From Tubiluchus corallicola (taxonomy: Eukaryota; Animalia; Priapulida), in NCBI GenBank assembly GCA_030141605.1, contig JAQGDQ010000049.1, forward strand, positions 744,001-808,000: DNA of 64,000 nucleotides. The letters run 5' to 3'. Shown in pieces: positions 43,406 through 57,700 of this stretch (positions are counted from its first letter, which is position 1; every line of letters begins with the position of its first letter). The notes under the pieces are model-generated. The model had not been told where the DNA came from and searched no databases. It worked only from the letters and a program-made list of their open reading frames with translations. Made by a program: the position numbers and the translations under genes.

Positions 43406-46400
43406 TCAACTATTTTGTTCCTTATCGTCCTTGAAAGGACTTAGTCTCGATAACCATGATTTGCTGAAATAACAAGGATATTAACTGTTAGATATAAGCA
43501 CAATAAAAAAATTCCAGCATAGTTGATTCACTAAACTGAAACTGAAACGATTATTCTTGAAAAATTAGTGCAACTTGGAATGTTGGAAAGTGTACGTAGA
43601 TAGACTGACGAAGTTATAACAACCATGTAACATGATCCAAAAATACTGTGTGTTTTTAAACCAAAAGTAAATTCAGTATTTAACCAGGAAAATAAGTGTA
43701 AATAGGACATTTTATTAATGTACTGATTCATCACACATAGTTGAAGGAATAGTTATTTTCAATTCCTGAAATGAACTAAAAATTAGCTACTTTTATGCTT
43801 TTTTGTGTTCATTCCTTTTCTATTCAGTTGTAAAAAATATATTTCTGGGCTTGACCCAACAAATTTACTGATGCATGGGTGTTATGGCAAGCAACAAATT
43901 AGCAGCTCATTTGACACTGTATATGACCTCCAATAAGGCATATTGGAGCTATCCACAGTTATATGGTTGTCCTTTGTATAACACAGTTATCATAAATTTT
44001 AATTTAGAAAATATGGCTAGTAGTCTAGCATATGTCAAGCATTCCCTATCTCGTGTCGAATTTTTTGTTTCGCAGCAGTTTAACTGATCAATTTTTCCGT
44101 AAATTAAATTAATTTTCTTCAAATTCGTGCAACACAAAAGAATAAGCCAAGTACAAGCAACTTTACCTTTCCTTTTGGTCTGATTGCTTTAAACTAGTCT
44201 CTGTAAATAAAAACATGAAAAATAACAGTACTCTATATAAATGTTCTCAGTTTTTCGTTTACAAATTACACGTGCAGAAATGGCTCGAGTCATTAAATTT
44301 GAAACAGGTTTTTAGATTTTAAACAAAATAAAATAAACATTTATAAATCAGTTTTTGATACATTTTCATAATCACAATCAGTAAGACGAAAGAATTCGCC
44401 CGCAGCACGTATCAAACTCGGCAATCAATCTTTTCACTGATCAACCATGATACCATTCTTAACATTTTGGTCGCTAAGCATACATCTTGACAGAACTACT
44501 ACACAGAAACCTCGCTTCTCCTTACTGTATCAATAGCTTAACGAAAGTTTTCAATTTTGAAATATTAAAATTTAGTTCCTGTACAAATGATGTATAATAA
44601 TAACATTTTCTGGAATTTCAATAAAAGCCCTTGCTAAAAATAATAATTTATTACTTGTAGAGTGCATCACATTAGAGATCTCGATGCGCTTTACAATGAC
44701 AGTATTAATTGTAAATAGTGCTAAGCTTATGAGATTTTAAAAGTCAGCGTAAAATTAAATATTGTACAAATAAAACTATGATGCATAATGTTGCCTAAAA
44801 AGGTGTGCTTTTAGGTGTTTTTTTAAAAATTTGTAATGCTGGTAGTTGACGCATAGTTAATGGTAAACGATTCCACAACCGTGGAGCAGTAACTTCAAAG
44901 GCACGACGGCCATGTGTTTCTTGCTTATATCTGGGCTCTTTTAACAGTAAAGGATCAGCTGCTGTAATTATTACGAAAGTGACCATCTCAATGCGTACTA
45001 TATGAAAGCTCAAGGATAAAGGAAGTCACAGAAACTGAAGCGAATCGCTTTACTTACCAGCATTTTCCAATTCCTCAGTCAACTGTTTCTTGTAAGTTTC
45101 TTTAAGAGGAACAATTCTTTCAGCTTCCAACTGTCTTCTTAGTTTAATTACAGCTTCTTTCACTGTTAATCCTACCCACTCCGCTTCTTCCTCCTGCAAA
45201 ATAAATTCCAATTTCCAAAACTTGTAATTCAGCACCTTGTAATGTGAGAAATGTGTTGTTTGTAAAAGTATGGGGCCACACTTAACGGTCTAGATACAGT
45301 TCCTAATTTATGTAAAGAAGGGCTTTATTATAAAGCTGATTATAAAAATTGTTTTAACTTAACATTAATTTAATATAATATCATTTTAAATTTATTATTA
45401 TTATTAATATTATTAAACATATTATATTACATATAGTCGTATGATGGCGATTCAGAAAATAACTTTAATAAGCAACAGCGAAAATGGTAAAGTTGTCAAA
45501 TTCCAATGCAGTGCGAATCAAGAAAATACTAGGTAACTTACTGGTATTTCATACTTCTTGTATCTTTTGTATACTTTCTCCCTCTTCACTGGGTCATCAG
45601 GGTACATGGATTTCCGTGCTAGTGTTAATAACATTTCTCGCTTTAATGTCATACCCAGCTTTGACTTAAGATCTACTTGATGTGTCTGGAAGTACAATAG
45701 AAAACCAAGCAAATAATTCACATGGTGACTGCTGCAGGCTAGAATAATCTGGCACAGAATCAATGTAATTTACAAAATGCTGATTACAAAAACGTTTGTT
45801 AGAGTGTAAAAATAATTGGACTTGCTAAATAAAATGTTTAAACAATATGCTGCATGGTTTCTGACATACAATTCATTTTAGAGACTTACTATTTAGAGAC
45901 CCTAAAGCAATAGCAGCTTCTAAATGAGTCAAACTACACCCTCACTATAATATAAGCTTTTACAACTTAAAATCCTATTATCATTACGAATATGCAATTC
46001 ATTTTATTATAATTGTACTGTAAATCTCGTTTGTTTTGATTTTTATCACTTTATTGTTAGCAGTATTAAATTTGAATAACCACCATTTTTCAGTGAGCGA
46101 GACGAATGATGTTACAAGTACAGTCACGAGATCACCAAAGATACTTTCTGTACCTCATACGTCATTCTTGCTCACTCGCACCAAAGCTGCAAAACATGAC
46201 AATCTTTACGGCAGTGCACGTATTCGAAATTCGCCAGAAAAAGGTAAGTTATTTAATTTATAAGTCTCTTTTGTTTAATAATAACTATGAATTCTTTGTG
46301 TAATCATAATAATGCGTTAAAAAACTTTTATGCCTGTTGGGGTATCTCAGAATGCAACATTTAATGTGAACCAAATGAACCATGATGTGTGACTCCAAAC

Positions 46401-49400
46401 TAAACTGTCCACAAAAACAAGAACAATCACAACACAAGCAAGTACTAGACATCTTATTATGGGATGTATGCAGTATGCAAACTAAACCTATCTAACGGAC
46501 TTTGTCAATAACCTTGTACACACTAAATGCTTTTAAAAGTGTTTACAATTCTCATCGTGCTCTAAATTGTACATCCACGCATAAAAACCAACAATTTATA
46601 TTATGTTCTACATTGTGCCACTTAAAAGCAAAAGTGTACGATAAAGTTATCATAGTTATCACAATAGTGCCACACTTTGTCAATAGCGATATACTAGATG
46701 ACTTGGCAAGTTATTTGCAAGCTAGTAAAAGCTTTCCACCTTCTAGTGCATGTACGCAAATTGCCATTGCCCATTGCTCATCCATTCAAGTACTGGCCGA
46801 CCTGAGAGTCAATCCATTTTCAGGAGATGCCTGCTTTTGGCAACTTAAATCAACTTATATTTTAGCTACTAATTTTTGCTGACAAGAAAAATGAGGATAG
46901 TAATCAGTATCGGTAAGTCTGAACCAATTTAAATCCTATCGGTTCCAGACAGTTTTTGCTGACAAGAAAAATGAGGATAGTAATCAGTATCGGTAAGTCT
47001 ACGAAAGCTTTTACCATTCATGAAAGCTTCTTACTTGGAGGATATAATTATCAAATCCAAATGCTTCATCGATCAGATTAAGTGTTCTTGGAGTCACAAC
47101 TATTTCCATGTGTCGATCAAGAATTTCGCTATAGAAAACATGCTTTATCAGTCTTGGCATCCAGAAGTGTGGTACCCTGTATTCACAAATAGAAGCAGAA
47201 ATGTAGAATGAGAAAAATGCAGAAAATGCATGAGAGACTTACAGTGTTGGGTATATAGTAATAGTAAATTTATTTAGCTTCAAAAACTTAATACAGTTAA
47301 GATGTTAGCGCATATTATACAGATAAAAACCAGCAGAGGTGACGAAAAACCATATGGTCATCCAGTCACCAGTCAGTCACCTCTAAATAGATATTACATA
47401 CAGTAACATTAACATTGGGCTAGTGGCAATTAATTAAAGTCATAATTACATTTAATACAAATGCAGACATACATACATACATACACAGAGAATGAGATTA
47501 CATAACAGAATGATAATAATGACAATGAGAAGAATAATACAATCTTGACAAAAATTTGTGGGGCAGATTAACGATATTAAAGAAAATCTAAGCATGAAAT
47601 GCCAAAATTATAAATTATAGACAAGCAGTAGCACGTTATTGTAATCAGATTACTTTTTACAGTAACGAGCAATATAATATAACTACCCTGCTTAGTCTTG
47701 TAATAAGATTACTCGTTACTTTTGACAGTAATGCCGCTAAACCGGTGTTACTTATCTATCCAAGAATAACGTTTTAAACTTAGGCTGTTTTGATCGTTTA
47801 GCAACTTTCCTTTTGTTTATCTCTGCCAGACTGCCACGCAAGTCTCTATGCACGTGGCGGTTTACTGCTATGCTTAAATAATGACCTCATTTGAAATTTG
47901 TACTGACTGCCTCATAAGAACTTCTACAGCTGTAGGAGATTCTTTTATGCTGCCCTGCCTAGTAAAGTAACACGGCTGAATGCTACTGGTGTATGGATGA
48001 CAACGATCAGGCTTTGGTGCCAGTTCACCAAGCAGGAGCTTTTGACAAATGCAAATATGACCATTATTTTAATTTTGTAAACACAGAAAAATTAAATATA
48101 ACAGCACAGTGCAGGTTATGCACAGGAAATGTAATGATCATTTATGAAGCAAAAGCAACACTTTATCAATTGCTAAGTAAAAGCTGTATAAGACAATTTC
48201 ACTTTTAATTTTTGCTAGTTAATTTAAGGCAAAATTTGCGACATTTTTACAACAAGATTGGTTAGGATTCATACACTCAACTACAAACATGAACTATCAT
48301 TTTGGTCACTCAGTGAATCTATGATAATAGCAAATAGGCTCACCTTCTTTGTAAACGATGTCTCTTCTGAAATCCTTTTACTATACCTTCTCCACCCCAC
48401 AAACCTTCATCAGCTTCTTTTGGATAAATAGCTGGTATGGGAATGTTTTCCACTCTTGTTCTAAATTAAGTGTAAAGGTGGGTATGTAAAAATAATGGTG
48501 AAAAAACAGATGAAACTGTTAGAGGAGCTACCCAGAAAGCCCAGAATTGGCTATTAATGCAAGAAATCTATTACTTTTAAATTTCCAACTCATTGGCTTG
48601 TTTTACTAATCAATGGTTTGTTGGACAAAAAAAATTCCTATGCATTAATTTGCCATAATTAGTGATCTCGTAGACACATTATTTTAAAGAAGACAAAGTA
48701 ATGTGTTACCATATTAGAAATGAAATGCAGGAAAAGACAATTAAATTATGGTGGTCGAAAAAACTTACAATTGTGATTAGAAAGTCGGGTAACGAAACAA
48801 AAATGTTAAAATTAGTCACAATATATTTAATTACTATAAACAGTTAAAGTAATAAAAAATAAAAAACATTTATTAGCTGGCAATATATGACTTGTACACA
48901 TATTGACAGCATTATTTATATATAATGGCAGTACAATGTATGTGAAAAAAACACATTTTGTTCAATATTTTATGGTTAGAGTTAGGGTTAATTTTTTTTC
49001 CTATGAGTTTTTTCTGGGTCTTTTTTACGTGGCTTTTTTATCTGGATTCAACAATACCGTGCTTAACACCCCATACGCACATAAAATAGCCTTGCTTAAA
49101 ATGGCAAAAAATATTAAATCATTCTTATCTCTCTGGGAGACGAGCCTCACTGTGGGCATACTTGGAAAAATAACTTAAGCTAATGGAAAGCATGAAAGCA
49201 CGCATAACAAAACCTCTGTTGTTCACTCAGAAATCTGATTAGTCACTGGATCAATTGGCAAAAACTCTAAAATGCCATAACTTTAATCCACACGATTATA
49301 TTCCTCAAAATGCATAAATACTGTACATAGAGATGTTTTCAGACAAGCACACAATTCGGGTGCACATAGTAGGTGTCAGATGGGTTACTGAGCTTATAAA

Positions 49401-50295
49401 GTTGAAAATTGACTTAAATCATTCTGCCGCTTCATTGATATTAATTAGTCCAATTTAGAGGTTACTATGCTATCATCGGTAACAGTTTTTCAATACAATG
49501 CGAGCATCAAAAAGTGAAAAATAATATTAATGATCTCTCATTTAATGTTCTGGATAGTTTACAGTTAATAATCTAGGATGCACACCATAATGAGTTGATT
49601 ATAATTTATGGGTTATGGGTCACGACGAACGAGTTACTGTTTAGTTGTACAGGATGAACTTTTGTTATGTTAAAGGATGGACCCAAAAAACAGGCCATAT
49701 CACAAAACCAGCATTTCACTTTCACAATCGCAAATGTAGCTGTTTCCTGCAATCATGGCAGTCATTCTGCTCTATGAAAAATACTTATTTTAGGCTGTAG
49801 TATAACAACTACGCAAGATTAATGCTAGTTCGTGTCGTTACAAAGCAGCAACAGGCTGCATTTATCAAAATATTCATTAGAATTATTTTCATGTGGCACA
49901 AGTTATCCTCCAATCAATTCTCCAAGGCAAACGAATTGCTTTCTGTTCTCTTGCTGAAATCAACAATTGTATAAATGTTAGCCAAGAAAATGAACAAAAA
50001 AATTTAATTTCTTAACGTAAAAAAATGCTGAATGCCTTTGTAGTCTCAAAATAATAATGTTTGTTTCTTACAAAAGCTTTCACCCTAGTGGGCCTCATCA
50101 GCTGAAAAATTATACTTACTTTTTCTGTGTTTTGGGATCTAAGATATATTTCTTTGGATATGGACGCCAATGAACAGGAATAGGCTGTTTGGTTCTTAGT
50201 TCCTCCTGAGCTTTCAAGTAATGGTTTGGCAACATCTTCTCCCACATTCCTGGTTTGAATGCAGGACGAGTAAGTTTTGTAATAGTGCTAGCCAT
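43406..50295 (-). CDS. MRPL28: Mitochondrial ribosomal protein L28 (bL28m)
   Basis: Exons 50120-50295, 48344-48460, 47035-47176, 45542-45685, 45058-45193, 44167-44200 and 43406-43463. Motifs PIPVHW, IYPKEADEGLWGGEG, YSEILDR..VTPRTL.LIDEAFGFDNYIL, DLKSKLGMTLKREML, EEEAEWVGLT; C-terminus KSWLSRLSPFKDDKEQNS*. Confidence 0.93.
44640..44965 (-). mobile_element. L2-clade LINE 3' end
   Basis: GRRAFEVTAPRLWNRLP..FKK, followed by the L2-type tail taaagcgcatcgagatc..gatgcactctacaag..aaattattatt. Confidence 0.8.
47625..48135 (+). mobile_element. 5' fragment of a hAT-like DNA transposon with partial BED finger
   Basis: Terminus with gtaatc/gattac/gtaac subterminal repeats. The ORF at 47993 reads FDKCKYDHYFNFV..NITAQCRLC and is truncated. 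Confidence 0.55.
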
Positions 50296-50444
50296 TATTT
50301 AATCACTGAAGTGCAATCTATTCCACCTCGGTACCTCGGGATTGTACTACCCGTTTTTGATGATGCTACCTAAAAATGATTAAAAATAATGGGCCTATCA
50401 ATTTTATCATTTGCGAAGAAAATAACTGCTTATCTACTAAATTA

Positions 50445-50564
50445 GCATTGATCATTTCTGCTAAATAAAAATATGAAAATGTTGTTATATGTGCAATACA
50501 AATTTGCATATCAGCTGTAGACAGCCATATATATATATATATTGATATACATTGATATATATTG

Positions 50565-50602
<38 letters not shown>

Positions 50603-50685
50603 ATCATTTCTGCTAAATAAAAATATGAAAATGTTGCTATATGCACAATACAAATTTGCATATCAGCTGTAGGCAGCCGTATATA
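50445..50685. repeat. About 85-bp direct duplication separated by (TA)n
   Basis: ttgatcatttctgctaaataaaaatatgaaaatgttg...tatcagctgtag occurs twice. Confidence 0.9.
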
Positions 50686-50749
50686 GCCGCCACTAGCTTA
50701 TACGTTCTCAAACATGGCACATTCCACCTGTTGACGCCAGGCTCTCTTC

Positions 50750-51610
50750 TACATGACGCCAGGCTAATAAGTGTGATCGGACCCTTATTATTTCTTAACT
50801 CCGCTAATGACCTAACATCAAGGTCAAAATGTTTGCCGATGACACGAATATATACAAAAGTGTAGTCAGTTTATGATTGCATGACACTGCAGTATTATAT
50901 ATCAGTCATGGATGCATGGTCCAGAGAATGGCAAATGCCATTTAACACAAATAAATGCAAAACTCTACATCTAGGGAACAACCACGACGAATTTAACTAC
51001 TTCATGAGTGATACGTCAGGCGGACAGAGAATCATAATGCAAATTGAGTGTCAAACGGATCTTGGGGTATATGTGGATAACAAGCTGACATTTAGCCAAC
51101 ATACTGATGAAGTCACCAAGAAAGCAAGAAAGAGGCTTTGGTTAATTCGAAAAACTTTCAGTTTCCTAGATATCCCGATGTTTCTGATTTTATACAAAAC
51201 ATTTGTCCGCCCTATCTTTGACTACGGAGATGTCATATGGAATCCATTTAGATTGAATGCAATAAGAAAAGTGGAATTTTTCCAACATAGAGCTACAAAA
51301 TTAGTTCCTGCCATGAGCCATCTGACGTATTCAGAACGGATGAGGAATTTGAAACTCCTCTCATAGAGATTTCGAAGGAAGAGAGGTGATTTGATCCTGA
51401 TGTTCCGTATCAAGAACAATATGACTAAACTATAGCATGGTCGTTATTTTGCTAATAATCTACGAGGTACTGGATATAAAATTATTAAGCTCAGATGCAG
51501 AAACAGGAATAGGTTTATGTTCAGGACTGTCAATGACTGGAATTCATTAAATACTAAGGTATGGTGTGCCAGTACTGCCTTACACTTTAAGACACAACTG
51601 GATCAGTATT
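50750..51610 (+). mobile_element. Decayed CR1-like LINE ORF2 fragment
   Basis: SVIGPLLFL, FADDT, WSREWQMPFNTNKCK, DLGVYVDNKLTF, LYKTFVRPIFDYG..W.P, RATKLVP, RRKRGDL. Confidence 0.88.
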
Positions 51611-52166
51611 AGAAAGACCATCTTGAAATGTATCACGCCCCATTTCAACCTGAATGGACTTTATTGGCCGAGAATTAAAGGCTCCCACCTGACTGTACAC
51701 AATGGCAGTTATTATAGTATTAACAGTTACAGTGTTAACCGGATCCACAACGCTATGTATATAATTAAGGATTGCAACCATGAGCAAAAAGCTATTAGTT
51801 TCACCCCGATCGTCGAAAGTAATCGAAGATAATACCTGAATCAGCCCTCAAATCTATTTGTACTTGCTAAATCTTTTTGCAGTATATCTATGCAAGCCAG
51901 TAGCTAACGCCGACCCGACCACTCTTGGCTTTTTTTGACATTTCAAGAGCTTTATGTAATGTGTTATAAGAGCAGATACCTGAAGTAATCTTAATGCAAT
52001 CCTCATGTCGTGTAAAGAAAAATCTTCAAAGGACCACTAAACCTCGTTAACGTGTACTGTGGGCCGCCATTGCCATACGAAAAAGGTGTCGCCATCTACA
52101 GAATAATTCATTAAATATAAAGTATGCTAAATCAATAGGGAGTGAAAAAATCTCAAAGTTAACAAC

Positions 52167-52833
52167 ATGAAAGCTAAAGGATATAACATAGCACGGGATG
52201 GAGATCAATCCCGAAAACGTTGCAAATACAAGGGATCACTACTTAACACAGAAGACATAGACATAGAAGATGATATCAAAAATAGAAAACAACAGGCAAT
52301 GTATGGCCTTATTCAAAATAAATCATTTCTAACAAGCAACTATCCCTCAAGATAAGGCTGCGACTCGTTAATGCATATGTAACTAGTATCTTTATGTATA
52401 ACAGTGAAATGTGGGGCTTAACTGCAATGCAGGAAGCAGAAATAAATGCATTTCAAAAAAGCCTACTTAGAAAAAATAAAATAGCCATATGTCATTTCAC
52501 ATGAGGAGCTATATGACAGAACCAAAGAAGAACATTGGAGCACTAAAATCACGAATACTAAAATGGGTTGGACTTTTGATAAGATCGCCAGAAACAACAC
52601 CAGTAAGATTAGCATTAAACAAGCCACTGAAACCTACTAAACAGGCTCCAGACAAACCAAAAACAACCAGCATATCAAAAATTAATAAAGATTTACAACA
52701 GTTGGAATCAAACCTAACAATAGCATCACAGGAATTAAATTTTTTATCTGCAGACAAGAAACAGTGGAGTGCTCTAATGAAGGATAGAGGTTCTATGTCT
52801 ACAATAGATGTTTAGAGCAACAGAAGAAGAAGA
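52167..52833 (+). mobile_element. Decayed RTE-like LINE 3' fragment
   Basis: KY.GS.L..DIK.R, frameshifted remnant ..YNSE.W, ILKW.G.L.R.PETTP.R.AL; ends in an (AGA)n tail. Confidence 0.7.
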
Positions 52834-53811
52834 AATCAGTAGAGGGATTCACCAATCATGTTCTCAACAATTATTTTAGTGTGAAACTGTTTGTAACTTT
52901 AACTCGTTGATGAAGGGCAAACTGAATAGACTGGAAATTCGTTGACCCCATCTCAGCAAATATTCTGACACTACTCTAAAAGACAAAGTGGGTTACCATA
53001 CCAAAATCCGCACCATGGAGACTGAAAATGTTCCAAGACATGAATTATCATTGACATCTAACAATCATGTGGTATTCAAAAGACAAGGTTGCAAGACATC
53101 TGCAAGATGTGTTGAAGGATCTTAAGTTCGACTCTGATGTTTTTGAATCTCTGAGTATACATATTCTCAAGATTGCAACAATACTCGTGAGGCTTTCACT
53201 AAAAAAAGAAGGCATGATAGTATTCAATTGTATCAAAAATGCCTTGAAGTAACAAATTGTCTGTTCTGTTCTATTACTCATCGCATAGTAGGTCATTATT
53301 TTTTTTTATCAAGCTTACAAATGTTTTCAGAGGCAGGAACCTAAACAATATAATTATGCCAATTAGCAGAGCCTATTCAACCTATAAATTCCGAATGCAG
53401 TTTCACAACCGGGCTGCCAACCAGTACGTTTCTAAGATGCCAACCATCATCTTCTAAGATCGTTTTAAACAAAAGTCGATGCACATCATTTAATGTTAAG
53501 CATCATTCAGACTCATTGGTGGAAACATCAACTACAGATTTAACTGTTGTTTGTAAGGCAATATCATCAATGTAAGAGGGTTTACATTAGAAGAAACATA
53601 AAACAAACACACAAAAATTAGAATTAGTGTTACATAACGCTATTAAAATTTTATAGAAATTGATTATTTCTGTAAAGGCTATGCCATTATAATACAGGTA
53701 TATTTATGAGACTATGTATTTTTTATGAATTTACAGTGCCAGGCTTCTGCTCTATGCCTTAAATCATTGGAGTAAATTGCCACATATGTACAGATGAATG
53801 GTTGGTTCCGA

Positions 53812-53963
<152 letters not shown>

Positions 53964-54296
53964 ACAAAATTTTATTTTCAGTCAGTTTGTAATGTTAACA
54001 TAAGACATTAGCTAAACAAGCTATTTGCCGACACTGGATGATATGTACAATGAAATGAGATGACAATAGTAATCTGTGAGTCTGTAGTAACTATGAGTTC
54101 TAATATATGACACTATTTCAAACCTTCTTTCATAATTGTCTTTGTTTTTACCACTTTTGGTATTCAGCAATAGATGAAGTGCTGTTGATTACTCTTCACA
54201 AGCTGGATATTTGATGTGTATTTATTATAAATTAGGTTTATTGGATGTTATAATTTATAATGCCTATAATTGTGATGAAGCTTACATTATATCTGA

Positions 54297-54718
54297 TGTA
54301 AGATAGTGGCCTAAGCTATGGAACAATAATGACTGACGTCATGGTAAATATTATATCGAGACCTGGAGTGGCTGACATCATGGAGACAAGATGATGGCAA
54401 AGCAGAAATGCGAGGAGTTTGGCTCTGAGATTTCGAGTTGAATGGATGTTTTGAGCTGAGTGGAAGAGTTGCTAATGGGCTTCAGCAAACAGCTGGTGAA
54501 AAATACTGCCGTAAAACTACTTAATTCTACGTTATAATGCTACTCTATCGAAACGCGTGTTAAGGTACGTGGTCATGATGATTATGCACTTTATGTTTAC
54601 TATGCGTTATAACTCTTGTGTATTGTATCCATATGTTCTGATGTCTATATTAAATAACCTTATTATTTAAGGTTCGACCCTTAAATTCGGTTTGCAATGT
54701 CTTTGTGCTAGCCTTACA
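54297..54718 (+). mobile_element. Possible solo LTR
   Basis: TGTAAG...CTTACA inverted termini, 422 bp, ATTAAA near the 3' end. No target-site duplication seen. Confidence 0.4.
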
Positions 54719-57700
54719 CGCTATCACATGCATAAAAACCCTTGAAGGAAAAGACTTTATTCTTCTGTGTCAACAACGTCATTTCAGCAAACCCCCAACA
54801 AGAAACTATAATCACCAACTCACACAGCTTCGCACATGGCTCATTATACACGTGCATTTAACCAAATGTTCATTTCCTAAATATCAATTACAAAGGTCAA
54901 ACATTATCACATAAAAGCACTTGTGGGAAATGAACAAAAGCTATGTATGTTTTTATTATTATTTATGTTACGTGGTTATTGTTTAGCTTTTTAACATTTC
55001 ATTGCCAAATGCAAGCTCTGCGTAATTTAAGATAGCATTAAAGTTGTACAAAATTTCAAATTGTATTTTTAAATTTTATAAAATTTTTACGAAACCTGTT
55101 TTCTTGTCCTTTAAAAAACCACAATAAGAGAAAGCACGAGTTCTCGAGAAAAGGACGTACCCAAAGTTCCAGACTTCACACACGATTTCCCGTATTGAAA
55201 AAACTACATTTTCACCTGTTCCACGTGAGAGAAATTGCGCAAATTTATTACAAAAGTTCTAAAACTTAGTAAAAGCTATTTTCTGCACATTTAGGTTTGC
55301 AATATCTGTTTACCTCTTTTCGCTAAGGAAACAAATCATCATGACCTTGAAATGAGGATTTTTTGCGCACTTCAAGTTTATGTGCTTTTCTAAGCGCATG
55401 AATTAATGAATGCGCTTCTGTTCAACACTACGTATACCCTACTATACCGCGCTTACTTTCCCCGTATACCGCGACTTGCCGCACACCGCCTAACCATGTA
55501 CCGCCTTGGCTTGTACCATCTCAGTGTATACCATAACGCAATGTGCCGCCTAACTGTCTATCACGTTGAGATGTACCGTGATACAGTCGTGAGACCTGGT
55601 TCTGGAGTTAGGGATGTTACCGAAACTGAATTTACAAACCGAAATTAAAGAAACATAACAAAACGAAACCGAACTGAAATATTTTTGCAAAACAACTACT
55701 ACTAAAACTGCAAAATGAGAATTCTAAAATAAGTAAAATATTTTGTTTTTGTTTGTTTGCTTTTATTTGCTGTGATGCAAAATTACTGATAAAAAATTCT
55801 ACTACATAAAGGACAAGAAAGTTTTATAGTGTAGAACCTCGAGTTTGATGGAATGGCTTACCTTGGAAAATGTGTTATAATGTTTTTGGGTTTAAGTTTC
55901 CTCAATGATTAATGTTTAAAGACCATAACGCTTCATTAAAAATAAACTTATTTTGTAGATATTTTGTTGCCTATATTTCATAAATTATAAAATTAAACGT
56001 GATTTTGCTCAAATAAATTCAAATGTGGTTTGATGTTTCGGTTGACTGGGCCTAGAAACTCTAAAACTCCACAATCGTCAGCACTGAAGATATGCCGCAT
56101 TGCTGGTAAAAGCATGTCACAAACTGTTATGTAAATGAAATTTTTCGCTTTATTTAAACTAATTTAGCCAAGGCTTTTCAGTAGTTTTTGACATCTAGGA
56201 GAAAACAAAAGGTAAATTGGATAAATACTAGTAAAACCTAGGAAAAATGCTACTGAAAATAACCGAAATTTCGGCTACGAAATTTAGTAAATTTTGCCGA
56301 AACCGAAAGTACAATTATTGGCCAACCGAAAGAAAAATTTCTTTTCAATAATATTCTTGGCTGGAGTATATGGTGTGAGGCATACAAAGTTATGTCTGTA
56401 TAGTGAATTGGAGCCTGCTGGTATTGTAACAAGGTGGCAGCACATGGGAATGTCAAGTTTATCTTCTCTGTTTATTATCAGTTAATTATCAAACCCTGGA
56501 CAGCTGTAAATTCACATGGCAAAATTTCATATATTATTCTCTTTCAGTGCATCTAACTTGACAAAAATGCAGAATTGATCAAAGCTTGCTTGAACTTTGG
56601 TGTAACCATTAAAGTTAAATTTATTAATGTTCACATCACTTTAGGTTATGTACTTACAACACATAAGACTTCAACAATATTATGTGGCCACATTCTCGGG
56701 ATAACACACGCAGTTAATGGTACAATGACTTACTCGAAAAGCTTTTTCATGATTTTCGATCATTTTCGACATTGCGACTAGTAAATCAAAGCTGTGAACA
56801 TTCTTTGCGCCGCTAATGTACATGTGCAGCACTTGACAACTGCTGGCAACATTCTCTATCAATCCGAAGATCTCTCACATCTAGCGCTATACATACCATA
56901 TTGGGTATTCGGCTAGCATGGCGATTTTACCTCTCTGCGGTCTACCCTCTATAGGTATAAAGTAATCAATTAAAATGTCACTTTTGCATGTTAACACTTC
57001 CTCCTACTAACCTAAGGATGACTAAGACTGGTACAATTCATGCGTCCAGCTGTAAACCATCAGATTCCTTTAATAAGTTTCACAAGACTAAATCTAATAA
57101 GTTTCGCATTAATAAGTTTAATAATAGCTTAATATGTTTCATGTGAATAATAATCATAATGTTTTATTTTGTTCCTGCGGTTAAATTCTGTTGTTGTTAG
57201 GATTTGGTAGATATGCTGGCATACCATGATATAGTAAACTGACCTAAGAAGGCTGCAGTGAAGATTCTATTGGTAAATGTGAGGGATGTAAAACTAAGCA
57301 GAATATAGATGTGGCAAAATGTGAAGTATCAGAAATTGTTTAAGAACGTCTCTGAATCTGGATTTTACAATTTTAAATGTTCTGCAAAGGTCGAGTAGCT
57401 TGCATAGGTATTGTAAGATTTGCAAAATCGAAGTAGTTTAAGTTGACTGTCATGAAAGATGATGGGGCTAGTGTGCAAATTGAAATAAAGGTCCAAAGCT
57501 GCTCACTAATCAGATTACTGAGAAAGTAGAAGTTACAATTAGATATGGCAACAAAATCTTGAAAAAATCAAATGCAGATACCAGCAAAGGTATCTAAGAA
57601 GTAGTCAGTAGGGTTACCAATGTTAAAAGCAAGTGTAGGTGGTAGTGTTTGTAATAAAAATGTTGTAAGGTCAGTTGTAAAACCCATTTTAGAATGTTTT

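Noticed and set aside
55428-55590. CRISPR-like array
   Set aside because: Units are about 15 bp and degenerate, the context is eukaryotic, and there are no cas genes.
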